Source: Patescibacteria group bacterium
Lineage (GTDB): Bacteria; Patescibacteriota; Minisyncoccia; UBA6257; 1-14-0-10-40-38
Direction of reading: 5' to 3'
DNA: 46,155 nucleotides
Assembly: GCA_038063175.1 (NCBI GenBank)
Contig: JBBTVP010000007.1
Coordinates: 1-46,155 of the forward strand
In this document: piece after piece, positions 43,955-46,155 of the stretch
How positions within the stretch are numbered: the first letter of the stretch is position 1
Layout: each line of letters begins with the position of its first letter
Program-made: the position numbers and the translations under genes
Notes under the pieces: model-generated
What the model was told of the DNA's origin: nothing
Seen by the model: only the letters and a program-made list of their open reading frames with translations
The model's database searches: none

Positions 43955-44437
43955 CTAGAAGAGCGAGGCGATGAGAAATCCAGCCATTCCGGCAATAACC
44001 CCAAGCTTTAAAATAGTCCCCGCGAGGAAGCCAATGAAAGTTCCGACCGCTCCCCGCGTTGCTTCTTCGGCAGTTCTCCCTGCGATAATTTCGCCAAGGA
44101 ATGCTCCGGCGATTGGACCTATGACAATACCAAAAGGGCCCGCAAAGAAAATTCCCAAAAGAAGACCGATACTCGCACCGATGACTCCATAACGGGAGGC
44201 ATTCCACCTGCGCGCGCCGATCACAGGAGCAACAAAGTCAAAAACAACGGTGAGGATTGTAGCTCCGAGGAATAGAAAAACAATCCAGAGTGGTATGGTG
44301 GTGAAATCGGTTACTGCGGCATAGATAAAAAAACCAATCCATGCGACGGGAACTCCCGGGAGAAGAGGAAGGAATATTCCAAGAACCCCTACGAGGAAGA
44401 GCAATACGGCTGCAATAAATGAAATAATTTCTGCCAT
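43955..44437 (-). CDS. DUF456-like small integral membrane protein
   Basis: Four hydrophobic, Gly-rich helices (GPFGIVIGPIAGAFLGE). The ATG at 44435-44437 is preferred over the TTG at 44446. Confidence 0.65.
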   Translation of the reverse strand: MAEIISFIAAVLLFLVGVLGIFLPLLPGVPVAWIGFFIYAAVTDFTTIPLWIVFLFLGATILTVVFDFVAPVIGARRWNASRYGVIGASIGLLLGIFFAGPFGIVIGPIAGAFLGEIIAGRTAEEATRGAVGTFIGFLAGTILKLGVIAGMAGFLIASLF

Positions 44438-44524
44438 AGGAAGCAATCAATAACGATATTCACTTTTCATAACGATTTTATGATGGTAGCATATTGGTAA
44501 CCCTTTTGAGGAAAGGTACTAACC

Positions 44525-44644
44525 ATGTGGGAGTTCCTCGGAGTCGTAGGTCTGGCACTCGTGGGAATCTGGGTTGTCGAGGTGATCGTGTTTGCGATCA
44601 GCTATCGGCGAATCCCGCATTCCCCCGGTGGAAGGGTGGGCTAG
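44525..44644 (+). CDS. Possible 39-aa membrane peptide (below the ORF-track cutoff)
   Basis: MWEFLGVVGLALVGIWVVEVIVFAISYRRIPHSPGGRVG. An aggaaagg SD-like element lies upstream. A strong hairpin follows at 44671-44697. Confidence 0.35.
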   Translation: MWEFLGVVGLALVGIWVVEVIVFAISYRRIPHSPGGRVG

Positions 44645-44670
44645 CCGAAGCGGCTGGCCTTTCGCTAATC

Positions 44671-44697
44671 GGGCGGTGTGCGAAACGCGCACCGCCC
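44671..44697. terminator. Strong GC hairpin between convergent genes (probably a bidirectional terminator)
   Basis: gggcggtgtgcg / cgcgcaccgccc, 12 bp (one G-U), loop aaa. On the + strand it is followed by gtcactttatttgtt. It abuts the stop of the 44699 minus-strand gene. Confidence 0.7.
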
Positions 44698-44698
44698 G

Positions 44699-45016
44699 TC
44701 ACTTTATTTGTTCGATATGTTGTGCGAGTGAAAAATCTTTTTCCGAAAGTCCGCTTACACTGTGTGTCGAGAGTTCGACAATAACCTTTCCATAGGAGAT
44801 AAGGAGATTTGGATGATGGTTCTCCCGATCGGCAATTACCGCGATTTTGTTTGCAAATTGCATCGCGTTTCGAAAGTTGGGAAACAAAAAAGTACGGTGA
44901 AGCGCTTTTGATTTAATGTTCCATCCGGGATGAATATCGCGAGCGAGCTGGCGCGCTTCCATATTGGTAAGTCGCCGTACATCGCCACTTTTTACTTTCC
45001 GGGTCCGAATGGTCAC
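44699..45016 (-). CDS. Pterin-4-alpha-carbinolamine dehydratase (PCD/DCoH)
   Basis: FPNFRNAMQFANKIAVIADRENHHPNLLISYGKVIVELSTH is the diagnostic HHP motif region. Confidence 0.85.
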   Translation of the reverse strand: MTIRTRKVKSGDVRRLTNMEARQLARDIHPGWNIKSKALHRTFLFPNFRNAMQFANKIAVIADRENHHPNLLISYGKVIVELSTHSVSGLSEKDFSLAQHIEQIK

Positions 45017-45417
45017 AAAAGGAAAAAACTATTTATAAAGAGAAGAAGTGCGGTGAGAGCCGAAAGGAGGCAGTAGAAACAGTAATCCTTGATTGCAATC
45101 ATCTGAATAAGAGTAAGAAATGCAGAATAAAGAGCCCCGGTACCGGTTGCGTATATAAAGGAACGGTTTATGGTGCTGCTTGTCTCGGGGACGAAAATGG
45201 TCACAAGCGCCGCAATAAATAATCCGGCATAAAAAAGGACACCGAGGTATTCGTTCCGGATTCCGAGAATTTTATTCCAGCGGCTTTCAACTACCGCGTT
45301 ACAGTCGTGATCGAGTGGGCAAACGAGCGGCTTTCCTTCCCGATGCTTAAACGCAAGATATGCGGCATTTGCAATGCCGAGAGCCGAAAGAACAATAAAT
45401 GTCGCGGTAAATGGCAC
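45013..45417 (-). CDS. Vitamin K epoxide reductase (VKOR) family membrane protein
   Basis: Four TM helices, a loop Cys pair (CPLDHDC) and CFYC (CxxC) in the last helix. Confidence 0.75.
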   Translation of the reverse strand: MPFTATFIVLSALGIANAAYLAFKHREGKPLVCPLDHDCNAVVESRWNKILGIRNEYLGVLFYAGLFIAALVTIFVPETSSTINRSFIYATGTGALYSAFLTLIQMIAIKDYCFYCLLSALTALLLFINSFFLL

Positions 45418-45418
45418 G

Positions 45419-45790
45419 TTACGGATTCGGAGATTCCTTTCGGTGAAGTGCTACGATTGCGAGCGCGGCAGCGAGAAGCCCAATATCTCTAAACACGATA
45501 TCGAGGTTCGTGATATTGGTGATGGTAATTCCAAACATCGTAAGTGCGGCGAGCGCTCCTGCGTAGCGGGCGTGCTTTCCGGAAATAAGCCATAACCCGA
45601 GTGCGATTTCAAAAAGCGAAAATGCGATAAGCAATGGTTCTGCCGGAATAATTGAACGCATCCACGCAGGAAGATAGCCAATCCAGGAATTAGGGTCGAG
45701 AAAAGATGCGGTCGCCGCATAGAGAAGCGTGAGCGCGATGCCGGTACGGAGCAGGAACGAAGGAAGACGAATAGAGTCCATACCGATCAT
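45419..45790 (-). CDS. DoxX-family membrane protein
   Basis: 123 aa, four hydrophobic helices. Its stop is separated from the VKOR start by 1 nt. Confidence 0.6.
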   Translation of the reverse strand: MIGMDSIRLPSFLLRTGIALTLLYAATASFLDPNSWIGYLPAWMRSIIPAEPLLIAFSLFEIALGLWLISGKHARYAGALAALTMFGITITNITNLDIVFRDIGLLAAALAIVALHRKESPNP

Positions 45791-45830
45791 AATATCTCGG
45801 TATGGACTCCAACATCAAGTAAACTGATTT

Positions 45831-46155
45831 TTAGTGTCCCGCGGTCGTCGCACGCTTAAACGAAAAACCTGAAGATAGAGCATGTGCTTCCGCACTTCCT
45901 CCAAGACGACGCGCCGCGAAGAAGGCAATAAGCGCGATAATGACGATAAGGAGGATCCAACCAAGCGGGATATCAAGACCGAAGAGGGCTGCAAGGAAGC
46001 CAGAAGCGTTCACGGTAAGCGTGAGATAGGCGCTTGTTGACTGTGTTCGGTTTGAAGCGTCTCGCCAATCGGTTACCGCACCGATCACAAGATTGTCGCC
46101 ATCCTGCAATGCATTATCAACTTTCAATTTAAGCTCAAGTTCACCAGAGCTGCCA
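45831..46155 (-). CDS. Hypothetical protein with a C-terminal TM anchor; 5' end runs off the window
   Basis: The reading frame stays open upstream of the ORF-track TTG at 46127 to the window edge (GSSGELELKLKVDNAL...). Confidence 0.5.
   Translation of the reverse strand, partial: GSSGELELKLKVDNALQDGDNLVIGAVTDWRDASNRTQSTSAYLTLTVNASGFLAALFGLDIPLGWILLIVIIALIAFFAARRLGGSAEAHALSSGFSFKRATTAGH

Noticed and set aside
1-46155. Alternative genetic code (UGA or UAG reassignment, as in some CPR lineages and phages).
   Set aside because: Conserved genes (pyrG, pgk, def, fmt, pilB, terminase) read full-length under the standard code. TGA ends the methylase with an ATGA overlap to the next gene. TAG ends the RT gene. 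The only in-frame stop seen in a conserved gene is the single TAG in xseA.
1-46155. CRISPR arrays, rRNA genes and IS/transposase genes.
   Set aside because: No regularly spaced direct repeats, no rRNA-like conserved blocks and no transposase-like ORFs were seen. The only recombinase is the large serine recombinase at 9574-10893.

Overview
This 46 kb window looks like a small, gene-dense bacterial genome, possibly Patescibacteria/CPR. That lineage call is inference from gene content only. Under the standard code almost every gene reads intact.

Left third (1-14 kb), accessory DNA:
- a DGR-type reverse transcriptase cut by the window edge
- a multi-zinc-ribbon ORF
- xseA (interrupted by one in-frame TAG), xseB, and a translationally coupled unknown ORF
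- a phage-derived block: ParB-domain DNA methyltransferase, small and large terminase, membrane-anchored Staphylococcal-nuclease homolog, large serine recombinase, and a 1035-aa membrane-fused KAP P-loop NTPase. No capsid, portal or tail genes are present.

Middle and right (14-46 kb), mostly housekeeping:
- EamA transporter, tRNA-Gln(CUG)
- type IV pilus operon (pilB, pilC, three prepilin-like genes)
- def-fmt, S41 protease, rplI, rpmA, RNase HI, DHH phosphoesterase, pgk, pyrG
- PQQ-type sugar dehydrogenase, HhH-GPD glycosylase, FKBP, RRM protein, VKOR/DoxX/PCD
- two large proline-rich surface proteins

Most unusual feature: the RNase P RNA gene (about 31217-31860). It has its own sigma70-like promoter and an intrinsic terminator. 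A complete 90-codon GIY-YIG nuclease ORF fills the loop of a perfect 12-bp stem at the P3 position.

Other items worth a second look:
- the capsid-less terminase/recombinase/KAP island
- a 380-nt highly structured intergenic region in front of the serine recombinase
- the nonsense codon in xseA
- several unassigned structured intergenic elements

All calls come from reading the translations and sequence by eye. No database search was run.
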